NCBI GenBank assembly: GCA_036172245.1
Contig: JAYWIR010000015.1
Span: 1,240,001-1,304,000 of the forward strand
Reading direction: 5' to 3'
Length of the DNA stretch: 64,000 nt
From: Raillietiella orientalis
Taxonomy: Eukaryota
The notes beneath the pieces were generated by a model. That model saw only the letters and a list, made by a program, of their open reading frames with translations. It was not told where the DNA came from and made no database searches. The position numbers and the translations under genes are program-made. Of this stretch, positions 46,885-58,703 are shown in pieces (the stretch's first letter is position 1; each line of letters opens with the position of its first letter).

Positions 46885-49800
46885 ATTTAAATTTTTAGCA
46901 CAACTCCCACCTAAGTTGATAGAATTACTCAGGCACAACATGTACAATATAATTACAATGGGAATTACGATATGCCCTTATTAATGTACGATGTTTGTTT
47001 TCCACAGCGTTCTGCATGAGCTGTGTAGAGTGTTTCCGGAACAGGAACGCCTTTTACCTACCTTTCCCAATCCCGGCAAAAGCCCCCAATTCTCCTTTTA
47101 CGTGAAAAGTTGAAATTATTCCAATGCATGCGCAATGCTTTTGGAAGTATTGAAACTTAACTTTAATCCTCCGTTTGAGATTACTCTAAACGCGTCTTCA
47201 CTAATTTCCGTCTATTCTACGCACTTGATGAAGTCATGTATCGAAGTTTACTGGATCTTATTTAACCAACCAACTTTAAACCGAGATTCCTCCTGAATTT
47301 TTTACCACTCTTAATAAACTGCATTTGCTCTAAAACTAATTTCATCACAAACTGGGTAATAATTATGGGGAAAGGAGCACATTTAAAGTGAGACCCGGAA
47401 CTTCTCAATCTATTGTACTCAACATTGGTTACAACTGAAAGTGAAACATTTAGTTTACACAATACATCTGAATAAAATGAATACTATGGAGCACGACTGA
47501 TTGATCAAAAAATGGAGACAAAAAGAAATACAACGATTGCATCCTGCCGGCTAGGAATTACGTCATATTCAAACCTTGAAATCGCCGAACCCACGGAATT
47601 CCCCTGCTGACAACCTACCAAAAGTTCTTCGCCTTTATTTCTAAGGGAAATAGATTGAAAAGCATCAAACTGAGCAGATAAATTAAAAGAGCAGTTGCAA
47701 AATTATACCATAAATTCTTCTTCGAAAGAGATTATAGTCTGGTTCTCTAATGTTCCCCAATCTTGGCATGAAAACCATGACTTTTCTAAATGAAATGTGG
47801 CCAACAGAATTAAAAATGTAGGCATGTTATTCAGTCTTTGACTCTCATCTCCATTTTATCCAGGTAGCTGGTGAAAGAGTGTCATGAAATTATTTACGAC
47901 ATTTCAAGATGTAGAGAATTTGACTGTTTTCTGAGTTAATTAGACACAAATTCGACATCAAGAAATTGGAAACTTCAGATTACTACATGACACAAAAGTC
48001 ACATTTTTGTGAATCTTCACAGCGAAGACATTGCGATGTAATTTTGTTCCTTCCACTACACCAAATGGGTGAAATCTGTTGCACGTTTCCGAGTCTTCTC
48101 ATTTTGACAATACGGTATCGAGGCGCTTCTCCAGTCACTCTTGATGAGACCAATGTGCAAAACGGAGGCTGGCATCGATTTTCATCACAGTTTGTGATCG
48201 AATGCCTGAGGGAGAGCATAAAATCATACATGGAACCTGGACGAAGAGTCTGGAATTCTCGGAAAGAGATAACATTGGCTTGGATGATGCGCAAGTCAAG
48301 CTCGACCTTGGCATCCATCAGTGTGTCGTGCCATCAGTCACACACAGGGATGGAGTATCACCGTAACTCCAAATCAGTGAAGAAAAGAAGGACATGATCT
48401 TGCAAATGGAGCAGTTCAAATAAATTATATTCCAATAAAAGAATCTTGATAACTTGTTCTCTGTTCGCCCCTACGAATTTTGACACCAGGACAAAAGGGC
48501 AACAGAAAAGGAATTCTTGAAGATGGATAGAAGTTGCTTCCTTTCTTTCACGAATTCATCAGTTTGATTTCCAAAGAAACGGGAGCAAAGTTCAAGGCAT
48601 CTATACCAACAGGTAAATGAGGGAGATATCCTCTAGGGTACGAAGAGGTGATTGGTGTCACACAAGGGTGGAGAAAAAGTGCTCTTTATTGCTCCTGTAG
48701 ACTACGTCATGCAGTAAAATTCTAGACACTTGGAAAGAGGTCTACCCGAATCGGAACTACAAGATTCCTCCTTTAGTATGATGACACAGGTCTTCAGACC
48801 AGTATAGTTTTCAACCAGCGCCTCCCTGAAGATCAGCGGCGGCGAAACTGCCCGTGAGCAAGGTTCAGACCAGTATACGGGCAACCGTTCCAAACGTGTT
48901 CTGGAATGTCTCGCTGGTTCTACCAGGTTGGTGCAGGTTTACAAATGACGATGTGGTGCAAAACAGCAATATGCGCTTTGACAGAGCCTAAGGGAATCTA
49001 ACCAAATACCAAGCAAAAATGCAGGGTCTTTTTTTTCTAAGTAGTGGAAAGTCCAGGGAACTAATGATGACTAGACAGAAAAACAGGGCTTATACATAGT
49101 ATGCACGACTTTGGTTACATTGAATTTCTGTGATACTGAAAAATGCTTGCCGACAAAAGAAGAAAGAAAGAAAGAATGAGGTGACAGCGTAAAACTCCAA
49201 TGAAACTTGAGAAAATGAGTTTGGGTTTTTGTTTTGGGTGATAGCTAGTCACATGAGATGAAACCTGGGTTTTGGCATCACAGGTTGTCCGATGTTGAAG
49301 GAAGCATCATATCCGCAGTCTTTTCCTGCTTTTGGCGTTCACGTTCATCCCTACTCTATAACTCTGCACTTCCAGTCATTATGAAGATTAAAATAAGATG
49401 TGTTAGTTCCTAACTTCTCCAAGGAAGAGATGAATTTTTTGACACTTACTGTGACTAACGTGGAAAGTGATTATGATTGAAGCGAACGTGTTTATGTGCT
49501 TCGACTTGCAAACATCTTCAGATTTCACCATTCCACATGAATAAGAAATTCCGAATGAATAAAGAACGGCTTGTCCAGTGCGGAGTCCGCCACGTTAGCT
49601 TGAGCATATGGGAAACTGAAAAACACCTTCGGACCACAGGGACAAATCGCTGATTTTCTGCATTGGTTGGTCCATTTGATTCAGTTCCAGTTCCGCGAAA
49701 ACAATGATTTTACCTTTTTCTTAAAAATTCATCAGTTGTCCTAAGAAGCATCTCGCAAACATGCTTTGGGGGCTTCCTCCAAAATGTTTGCTTCTTTGAA

Positions 49801-51475
49801 ACCCACTTGATTTTTCTTTCCGATCCGTCTAAGCAAAGAGGAATCGCTTGTGCTATTTACCGTATGATCTCTTCCTTTCTTTGCCCGATCGTACTTGAAA
49901 GATGAAATTTTTCTCTCATGTTCGAATGAATAGAAAATATTTGTCTACACTCGGTGTCTGAATTGTTTCGTGGGATTTGCACAGTACAGCCATCTTTCCC
50001 TTTGGAAAACAGTTCCTCCTAGGAAACGGAAGGCGGCACACGAACGGACGTGGATAGATTTTTGGCTCAATCACAGAAATCAAGTACGAAGATGAACTTT
50101 CTCTGGGGTCATCAAACATTTGGATAACTAAAACTCACACGCACGAACAAGAAATAAAGCTTTGAAATCCATCTTCGCCGAACAAGGATACCGGTAGTGG
50201 CACGCAAGAATCACAGAAGTGGCCCGCATGCAAGAGTGAGCCTTAAATTCAGAGGCTTAGACCTGCCATCGTTTCGCTGTCTGTGGCGGTGAGAGGGCGG
50301 CCCGCGGAACTTTGCTGAAGGCAGTCGGAAAAACAGCAGCAGCAAGAGAAAACTCTTTTTGCTAAACGGCTCGCAACCACCGATTCCTCCCTATGAGCTT
50401 TTCTGCAGACAGAAATGTCCTCATCCTTGCAGAGTTAGGAAACACGACCGTGGATTGGAAGATGCAATCAGTGAGAGCACGAACATCTCTAAGTTCATGA
50501 TGTGTAAACCGTGGATGAATTCTCAAAGGTATCTACGGACAGGGGTGCAATCACTCCTTCTGTATTTCAGAATGCAAAAACGCGGTGAGGAACCCTCGGG
50601 TTCGTTAAAAGTTCGCAAGGATTGTCAACCAGATGGTACCAAGAGGGGTGGGTGGGGTGAGGATGTGCCAACTGTCAGAGGGATTCCTGACGGCTGTTGG
50701 TGCAGAAGGTTCGTGCATGCACATCCTCGGGCAAACTAGTTCATCAGCAATCCGCTCTTTCATCCTTCCCAAGTGAGTACTTTCCCGGAACCGGTCAGGG
50801 AACGAGGGGAAACTTTGTCGCGGGTGAAAATCCAGGCGGATCTCCGTGGTCCAGTTTCAGGGGTGGTGGCTCGAAGCGAATGGTGAAGCTTCTCCAGACG
50901 AAGATAATCCCGTCCCCATCATCCCCTCTGGGATCTCGGGGAGGTTAGCATCGCTCGTCCTCCCTCCCCTTCCCTTCCCTGAGCCTTCTCGCTCCTTCCA
51001 GGGTGCACCTCCGTGCATTTTCTCCGTGCAATCGCACATGCGCGCTGCCTCCTCCGTCGACTTGCACCCGCAGCTTTCGCCGCGGGGCCTTGTAGAGGAT
51101 TTCTCCGTGGACCGACAGCAGCAAGCCGCTCCCCTGCCGGTTCGCCGATGAAAGTGACGCAGCAGCTCTTCTGCCAAGGAGCTCGGATTCCCTTCTCACG
51201 AAAAGCCCCACTATGGAACAACTACGCCTATTAATATCCTGGAACCTTGCTGGCATCCATAGCCTTAATTCTCTTGCACAGGGATTATCCCAAGTGGTTT
51301 ACTTCATGCCGGGCGTGATGTGCATATTTAATTACATTCGATCGGTTAATTGAATACATTTTTTCACGGAATGTACACATGACAGCATGTGATTTCATAC
51401 ATGCTGATCAAATACTGTGCAATGAAAAAAAATATTTAAACTTTCTCTCTCCTGAGCAAAATTTTCCCTCCCCGT

Positions 51476-51497
51476 TGTGTGTGTGTGTGTGTGTGTG
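51476..51497. repeat. (TG)n microsatellite
   Basis: About 11 TG units. Confidence 0.95.
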
Positions 51498-51935
51498 CTT
51501 TCCCCCTTCCCTAATGCTCCCGAGTCTTTTCTTACCTGGATTCTTCCCTCAAAAGTCCTCGTTCCCAGCACAATCTCGAACCCTCGTAGGGGTCGAATCC
51601 GTTTCGATCAAGTGTTTCCAAAAACCTGCCGTCGAATGGGTCCAGCATCAAAGGACCTGCACTGCTTGTTGAACGCGAGCCTTTTGTTTTACCTTCCTAC
51701 CCTACCCCTCCCTGCCCCCTGAATCTCCCCAATGCTGCATGCCCCAGACGTCTGTTTTGTTCGAGAGGCGCATCCAACGAGCAGTTCCTCCCGAGCGGCA
51801 GGGATGATACGGCGCCGGTGGGCCTCATTCCGCCGAAAACGCCTTCAGGTAGAGAGGGTTCCCATAGAAACGCCGTTCCTGGTGCCAGGTGCAGAGAGGG
51901 ACTTCTGCGGAGTGTGTGTCCGTGTGTCCGCGCGA

Positions 51936-52132
51936 GAATGGGGCGGGGGAAGAAAAAAAAGGGAGGAGAGAAAAACATCCTGACCCTGCTGGGGAGCTTC
52001 GAAGGAGGAATAGGGAGCGACGCGGGAAGATCTCCAGCAAGCTCGGTCGCCGTGGTACCCAGTCTATCTTCGATCATCTACCTTCCCCCCCCCCCCCTCC
52101 CCAACCGATTGCTCAAGGGAAAAGGCGACCCG
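51936..52132 (+). repeat. Diverged direct repeat unit 1 (~195 bp)
   Basis: Shares GGGAGGAGAGA.AAACAT.CTGACCCTGCTGGGGAGCTTCGAAGGAG, TCTCCAGCAAGCTCGGTCGCCGTGGTACCC, ATCTTCGATCATC, CCCCAACCGAT and GGGAAAAGGCGACCCG with 52724-52893. Confidence 0.93.
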
Positions 52133-52268
52133 CCCTAACGACGTGCGCTCTCGAAAGAGCAGGCGCTGCGACTACGCGAAAAGCCACGCATCCGTCTGCG
52201 CAGATGACTGCTGAGGTGGCTCTTGAGTTGCGCCGGCGTGAATTTCCACGTTATGCCCGAATCCGCTT

Positions 52269-52271
<3 letters not shown>

Positions 52272-52299
<28 letters not shown>
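52272..52299. repeat. (GA)n microsatellite
   Basis: About 14 GA units. Confidence 0.95.
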
Positions 52300-52305
<6 letters not shown>

Positions 52306-52723
52306 GATGAGATGAAACAAAGCAGAACAGAAAAACACACACGCGGTGCACGCGCAGAACAAAAAAACAAAAAGGAATCTTTGGGAGGAAATCGATAGGG
52401 AACGAGATCTGTGGATACAGCGTTTCTTTTGATTGAAGAACCGTCTTCAACCTTCAGCCAACGTCTTTGGTATTTGTTTTTTCCCGTGGGTCTGCAGAAG
52501 AACGCGGTGACGCGTGTGCGTGTCTTGATGGATGCACTTGCCGTGGCGAGCGCGTCGCGTATCTTCTGGCTGACGGACGGCCACCGCAAGCGTGGACCGC
52601 CGCGGCGGTGCACCTCCGAAGCGGTGCCGTGGTGGCCCGCGGAGGGCGTCCGCCCACGCGGGAACGCGGGCCAAGTCGCTGCGGTCCGGTCGGCCGCTCG
52701 TTCCTCTCGGGATGAATCCACGG

Positions 52724-52893
52724 GAATGGGGCGGGGGGAAGGGAGGAGAGACAAACATGCTGACCCTGCTGGGGAGCTTCGAAGGAGCGGTGAAAAGGTC
52801 TCCAGCAAGCTCGGTCGCCGTGGTACCCGGTCCATCTTCGATCATCATCTACCTCCCTCCCCCAACCGATCGCTCCAGGGAAAAGGCGACCCG
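52724..52893 (+). repeat. Diverged direct repeat unit 2 (~170 bp)
   Basis: Homologous to 51936-52132 with indels and several substitutions. Confidence 0.93.
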
Positions 52894-53044
52894 GCGGAAG
52901 CGGGCGCGAGCGAGTCCGGGCGATGAGCAGAGTGGCAAACGGGGGAAAGAGCTGCAAGCGCGGACGCCATCTCCGCGTCCGGCCGCACGCGCGCGCCTCG
53001 GACTACATCCAGGACGAACTCGCGTCTCTCTCTCCCTCCCCCCT

Positions 53045-53067
53045 TCTCTCTCTCTCTCTCTCTCTCT
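53045..53067. repeat. (TC)n microsatellite
   Basis: About 11 TC units. Confidence 0.9.
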
Positions 53068-56000
53068 TCTGCTTCTCTTCGATTTCGACGCCGTGCGTTG
53101 CGAGGTTTAAAACGTCAATAGCATTGTTTAAAAATCGATAGTCCCAGTCACGTGGTTCCGGCATGTGCGACCACGTGACCGTGCTTTTCGTTCTGTCGCC
53201 CTTGGCAACGTGTTGGGTGAGTTTTGCGTGATCAGCCGGCAGCAACCCAAGGGACAAGACAAAACAAACTACCCGCCCCCTTTCCCCTTACGAGGAAGAA
53301 GGGAAACAGGCAGTTGTTTGGGGAGGAGGAGGAGAAGGAGGAGGGAAGCGCACCGTTCTCCACTGCCCGCTTCGTCGTCACCCCACTCGGAGGCGCTCCA
53401 GCGACGTGTCCCTTCGCGCGAACGCCCACCTGTCCTCTACCCCCACCGTCATTCCCCCTCCCTTCGGGGAAGACACGTTCTCCGCCAGAGGGAGCCACCC
53501 AAAGCCGCCTCCTCTTCCGCTCCTCGCCTCGGGGAGCAGGGAGCGAGAACAGGAAACCGCGGACGGAGGGAACCGGAAGTCGAGGATCAAAGAGGGGACC
53601 GAAGCCGTCTCGCCGAGGGACGGCGCTCCCGGAGCGGCGACTGTGGGTGACGGTGGGACTGCGGCAGCACCTGCGTCTGCCTGCCGCCTCCCTTCCCTTC
53701 CCGCTGCTTCCTCCGCGGGTAGGGGCAGCGCGCGCCCTGCGAAGGGAGCGCCAGTAGGCGCGCGGCCCCATCACTCGGTGCTGAGGAGGTCCTCGATCGG
53801 GCGCCACTTCGAGCGCTCTCGACCCTCCGCCTGTCTTCTGCGGTGCGCACCCGTCTTCCGGGAGCAGGAGTGCCCTTGGCGTTAGGCAAGGCTGCTAGGG
53901 GAGGGGTCCTTCCCCGCCTGAGGGATCTTCAGTGGGATTGGAAGCGACCAACGAGAGGGGAGGAGGGGGGAGGGTGCATCTGAGTCCGGGTTCTGCGCGA
54001 GTCCCCAAGCCAAGGTCGAGGGCTCGCTCGTGACGTAAAACGCGAGGCGGATGCCCCTGTGACAAAAGTGGCCTCGTCTCTTCGGGTGGTGGTGTGGGCG
54101 GGGGACAGAGGGAACGCAGGGTGGGCTGTGGTCTTCTCGATACGGGGGGGATGGGGGCGAAGCCGAACGCTCCGCGCCTCTGTGCCAGCTGAAGAGCAAA
54201 GCCAAAGAGCAGACAGCGACTCGATCTGCTCCTCCTAGTCTCTCGTTCCTCCTCCTCCGTCCCTAACCCCCCCTCACCGTCGTCGACGCCAGTTTCTCTT
54301 CTCTTTCTTACTATTCCTCCTCCTCCTCCTCGTCATCATCGCCATCGTCGTCGTCCTCGCCGCCGTTATCCTCGTCGTCGTGACCAGTTTCTCTTCATTT
54401 TCCTCCTCCTCGTCTCCGTCGCTGCTGCCGTGCATCGCGCTCCTCCTCATCTCGTTCCCTTCGTGCCACCTCTTTCCTCCCGCAGGTCCATTTCTTTCCG
54501 TCTCTCCTTTTCCCTTTCACGGCGCTCGATCTCTCTGGAGCGGATTTGAAACGCAAAAGCACGGCAGCAACCGTGCCGCTATTCCGTGTGCGCCTTCTCC
54601 TGGGCGGCTGCGGGACACCCCGGGGTCAGTCCCACCTCCCGAGGTCCCGGCAGCCTCCTGGAGCCTGCTTGGGAGGTCTGCGGGGGATGCGGGTCGGTAA
54701 GACCCGTTCGGTTCCCGAGGGACTCGCGCTTTCGATTCCGTGTGGCGCAGGTGCGCTTTAGCGCGAGGGAGCAGACACGGGAAAGCGGGCCGATTCGAGA
54801 CCACCGCTGCTCCTCCTCTCCGGCCTGAGGGTGAGGGAGAAGGAAGAGGCTGCACGCAGGATCGCTTTGCCTGAGGGTGCGCGATGACACCTGAGGCGCG
54901 CGACAGCGACCAGCACCCTGCCAGACAGACGGAAGTGCTTCTCACACCATCTTTGTCGTTTTTTGCTCGGAGCGACCGTAGATCGACACAGACGCTGTGC
55001 GCTGTTCTCCGGGAAGAGAGGGCAGGCAGCGGCGGGCAGCTTCCTGGCGTCCCAGGAGCGTCTCCGCTTCTCCTCCCTTTTTGTAATCGAAGAAAACAGC
55101 AGCGGAGGCGGCAGACGCCCGAGAGCAGGAGGCCGGCAAAACGGAGCACCAGGGGAAGGTGGCAAAAGCTTCTTCGGGTCTACACGGGCCTTCCGGCCTT
55201 CGTCCGATGCGCTGAACCGCTTCTCTCCGAAGGCCTCATACCGTCTTCGGCCTGGAACGCTGTCGTTGGACGGGAGGATGGGGTGGTCAGCATCCAGGCC
55301 CGGCGACGTCTGCCGGACGAAGATCGCAGCTAAAGGGAGCAAAGCCCTCGAGCCGCTGGTCCATCTTCGAGGCGGCGTCTTTCACGCGTCCGGGAGGGTG
55401 CTGGCGAGGTCCTGGCGAGATCGTCGCTCCGAGAGCGCCTCAGGGATATTGTCCACGCAGCCGAGGGCAGACCCCACCCGTTGCTCGCCATCAGGACGGT
55501 GAATTTTGCTCTGCTCACTAGACGAAGACGCCCTTTCCTCGGGCACTTCCTCCGCTTCGATGACCTTTCATTTACCTTCCCCCCCCCCCCTCCTTCCCCG
55601 AGACATGTTAATCGAAGCGAAGTTCTTGAGGACTTGGAGAGAGAGTCGGGTGCGTGATGGCCCAGGGACGATAGTCGAGGTCCGCAGCTCCCCAGCAGCC
55701 ACCTCTCAGCCTTCCCTTCCCCCATGAACCGTGTGCGTGGGCGGCGGTTGCTCTGCGAAGCTACTCGCGTCCAATCGCGAGAGGGCGGTGGCCCCGTGGC
55801 GCTCATCCAAGAGGCTCCGTTCTCGAAACGGCCCGCAGGTGCGCTGTGCCGCGCCCAGCGCGGCGCCTTCCGACCGCCGGCACGGCGTTTCGGTAAGCGC
55901 GCGGTGTGGCAACTCTGACGAAGTGGGTCGGCCCCCAAACCGTTTCCGTGCAAACTTGCCCGAGCCTTTCCCGTCGAAAATGACCTCTCCCCTCGAGGCA

Positions 56001-58509
56001 CGTGCTGCGATATGGGAAGCGCGAGTCGCACGCACGGGAGCGCGCGCGCGAACGAGCCCCCCCAAAAAACACGTCTCCCCCGCGGGTGAAATTCGTCGCC
56101 AACTTGTCAGGGTTGACTGAAGGGGAGGATGCTCCCAGCTGGCAGTGTCGATCGCGGTCGGCGCGCGAAGGCTGCGGAAAGGACGAAGCGGGTTGACTGA
56201 GGTTTAAGAACCTGAGAACCCGTGCCGCCCTCTAGGGGGGATGCACGGAGGGCGCGCGCCGCGCCACGACGAGCTCTCCGGCCGCTAGGTGGCGCGCAAA
56301 ACAAGAACCGGATGGCTGGCTGCTGCTCAGGAACTCTCCGCGGTAGCCTCGTCCTCCCCTCAGAATCCGCCGGGGCGAAGAAGGGGACCGACGAACCGCT
56401 GAGGGAAGCCATCTATCGTACGCATCCCCGCGCGAAGAAGGCGCTTGCAGTAGTAGCCTTCCGTCTACTTCTGTCCTCTGTTTTGCGGCCGGTAAAACAT
56501 CGGGGACCGCGGCCCTCTCCCGTCGAGACGCCTGGAGCCTCCCTTTCCTGACAAGGAAGGGAATGCGTCCCGCTCTGGTCCCAACATGTCTCCGCTGCAG
56601 CCACTCGAAGAGAGGGGCGCAGGGTCAGCCTTACGCGATCCACGACTCTACAAGGCGGCGCTCTCATTCCAAGGGTCATGAAGCAATGCGCCGGGGCTCC
56701 TGGAAGGGAAGCTGAGCGTATTCCTCCTTGGCATGCTCTTGCAAAATTCCGTCCGGAAAGAGAGGGTGCGGCCAGGGAAGCACCCGCCACGCCTGTCCGG
56801 CAAAAAGGGATTGCACACGATGTAGACTTTCTGGTCCACCATCTCAGAGCCGTTTCGTTCATGCAGACCGACTTTTCCGCGTCCGATCCGAAGAACCCAT
56901 CCGGGGCTGCTCGGAAGGCCTCGCAGAAGCCGGGGATGGCTGCCCGGGATCCTGCTCCCTCCCATCGCCGAAAAGGGAGGGGAAAAATTTCGTCACGTGC
57001 TGAGCCCCCGATAGTGAAAATGGAGAGAGGAAAGCGAATTCTTGCTCAGAAGGTCCCAGACCGCAGACAAGACTTGTCTTCGGGGCCTCCTGCCCCCATC
57101 CAGGAAGATCTGACACCTGAGCCCTCCCGCACCTTCATGTCTATTTTTGAGGCCGCGTTCGCGAGCCGCGCGTGTAATGAGGGAACGGCACGCGAGCGTT
57201 TCGCGAGGCGTCGTCGGTTCCTGGTGGAGATTTTTCGTCTTGCGCGTTGCGCGTAGATGGAGCGCACGGGAGGCTTCTTCCCTCCACTTCAGCATAAATA
57301 GCCAAAAAGTGAAAGAAAGCAGCGACAAGAAAAAGAAACGGAAAGAGAGAGGGAGAGAGAGGGAGAGAGAGGGATAGAAAACATGTAGGGAGAAAAGCAA
57401 CTCGTTCCCGTTATGATGGCGGATACATGCCTGGAGACCTTTTTTTTTTTTTTTCCCCCTCCTATTGCTCGCTCCTTCCAATACGTGTGCTCCGAAGACC
57501 AACTTCCCGCTTTCTTCAGGTGTCCCTGTGAGGGGGGGGGGGGGCTCTCCCTTTTCGCATCGCTCTGCGAATCCACAGGCTTCCCGAACCAATATCTGTC
57601 TTTGTTTCAGGCTTCAATTTCGTTTGCGCCTCCCCCTCCCCTGCCCCACCCCCTCTTCCCCTCCTCTGCCCCCCCCCGCCCCCCCATCAGCCTGCAGATT
57701 TCCTCTCCTCGAGATGATCTCTGCCAGCAGTGAACGTGTTCGTGTTGGGGCGCCGCGCATGCGCCCACCTTCACCCAGCTGTCGCTCACACACCGGAAAT
57801 GAAAATCCGTGTGCTCGTGCAGACTGACGGATAAGCGGGGGGGGGGGGGGGAGAAGAAGAAGAAGAAAAAAAGTCTTTGCCGACCGAGGGATGCGGTTTC
57901 GCGAGAAAGGTAACCTTTCAAGAGCAATCGAAGATCGGAACGGACGCAGTCGGCGGTTTTCAAGACCTTCGGAGGCTGCGACATTCCTCCCGAGGCTTTT
58001 TGGAGCAGAGTCGAGCTGCTGCTGCCTTCCCGAGCAGCGCGATCGAGACGGAAACGATCTGCGCTCGCCCGGGATGCTGCTGCTGCTCTCTTCGAACCGA
58101 AGATTCGAGGACGCCTTTAGGCCCGGAGTGCGTTTTAATCAAGCCAGGCAGAATTTTTGCTCTCTTCCTCTTCTTCTTCCCTCGCCAAAAGGAGAAGAAG
58201 AAGAAAAAAACTGTTATCAACTTATCGTAATCGTTTTTTTCTTTTTATCTAAGCATCTAAAGAAACCGAAATTGAAGTTGAGTATTTAAATATCATTACC
58301 CAACAGGAGACACGGAGCCATTTTTGCTCTTGAGCTCCGCTAGACGCGAGGGGAAAATGATCCCAAAAGTTGATCGTTGCGGACAATCACGATGAACAAT
58401 AACAAACATGGATTAACGAAAAAAGATCGTAAAAACTTCAGGACCATGAAACATGATTGCAGAAGGATGATGATGCTTTCGGTATTTCTTTTTTTTTTCT
58501 TTTCCCCTC

Positions 58510-58512
<3 letters not shown>

Positions 58513-58559
<47 letters not shown>

Positions 58560-58575
58560 TGTGTGTGTGTGTGTG
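58513..58575. repeat. Compound (AC)22-(GT)9 microsatellite forming a palindrome
   Basis: AC run 58513-58556 joined directly to GT run 58557-58575. Confidence 0.95.
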
Positions 58576-58612
58576 CTCTGTACTTCAAAGATCCCTGGAA
58601 AAGAGTCTCCGT

Positions 58613-58650
58613 AAAAAAAAAAAAAAAAGAAAAGAAGAAAAAGAAGAAGA

Positions 58651-58689
<39 letters not shown>

Positions 58690-58703
58690 GAAAAAAAGAA
58701 AAA
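58613..58703. repeat. Polypurine tract: poly-A, (AAG)n, (GA)n
   Basis: ~90 nt of only A and G, including a GA run at 58654-58685. Confidence 0.9.

Noticed and set aside
47983..48318. 111-aa - strand ORF starting ..LRIIQANV.., like the N-terminus of a LINE endonuclease
   Set aside because: The downstream QET, GDFN and SDH motifs and any RT sequence are absent.
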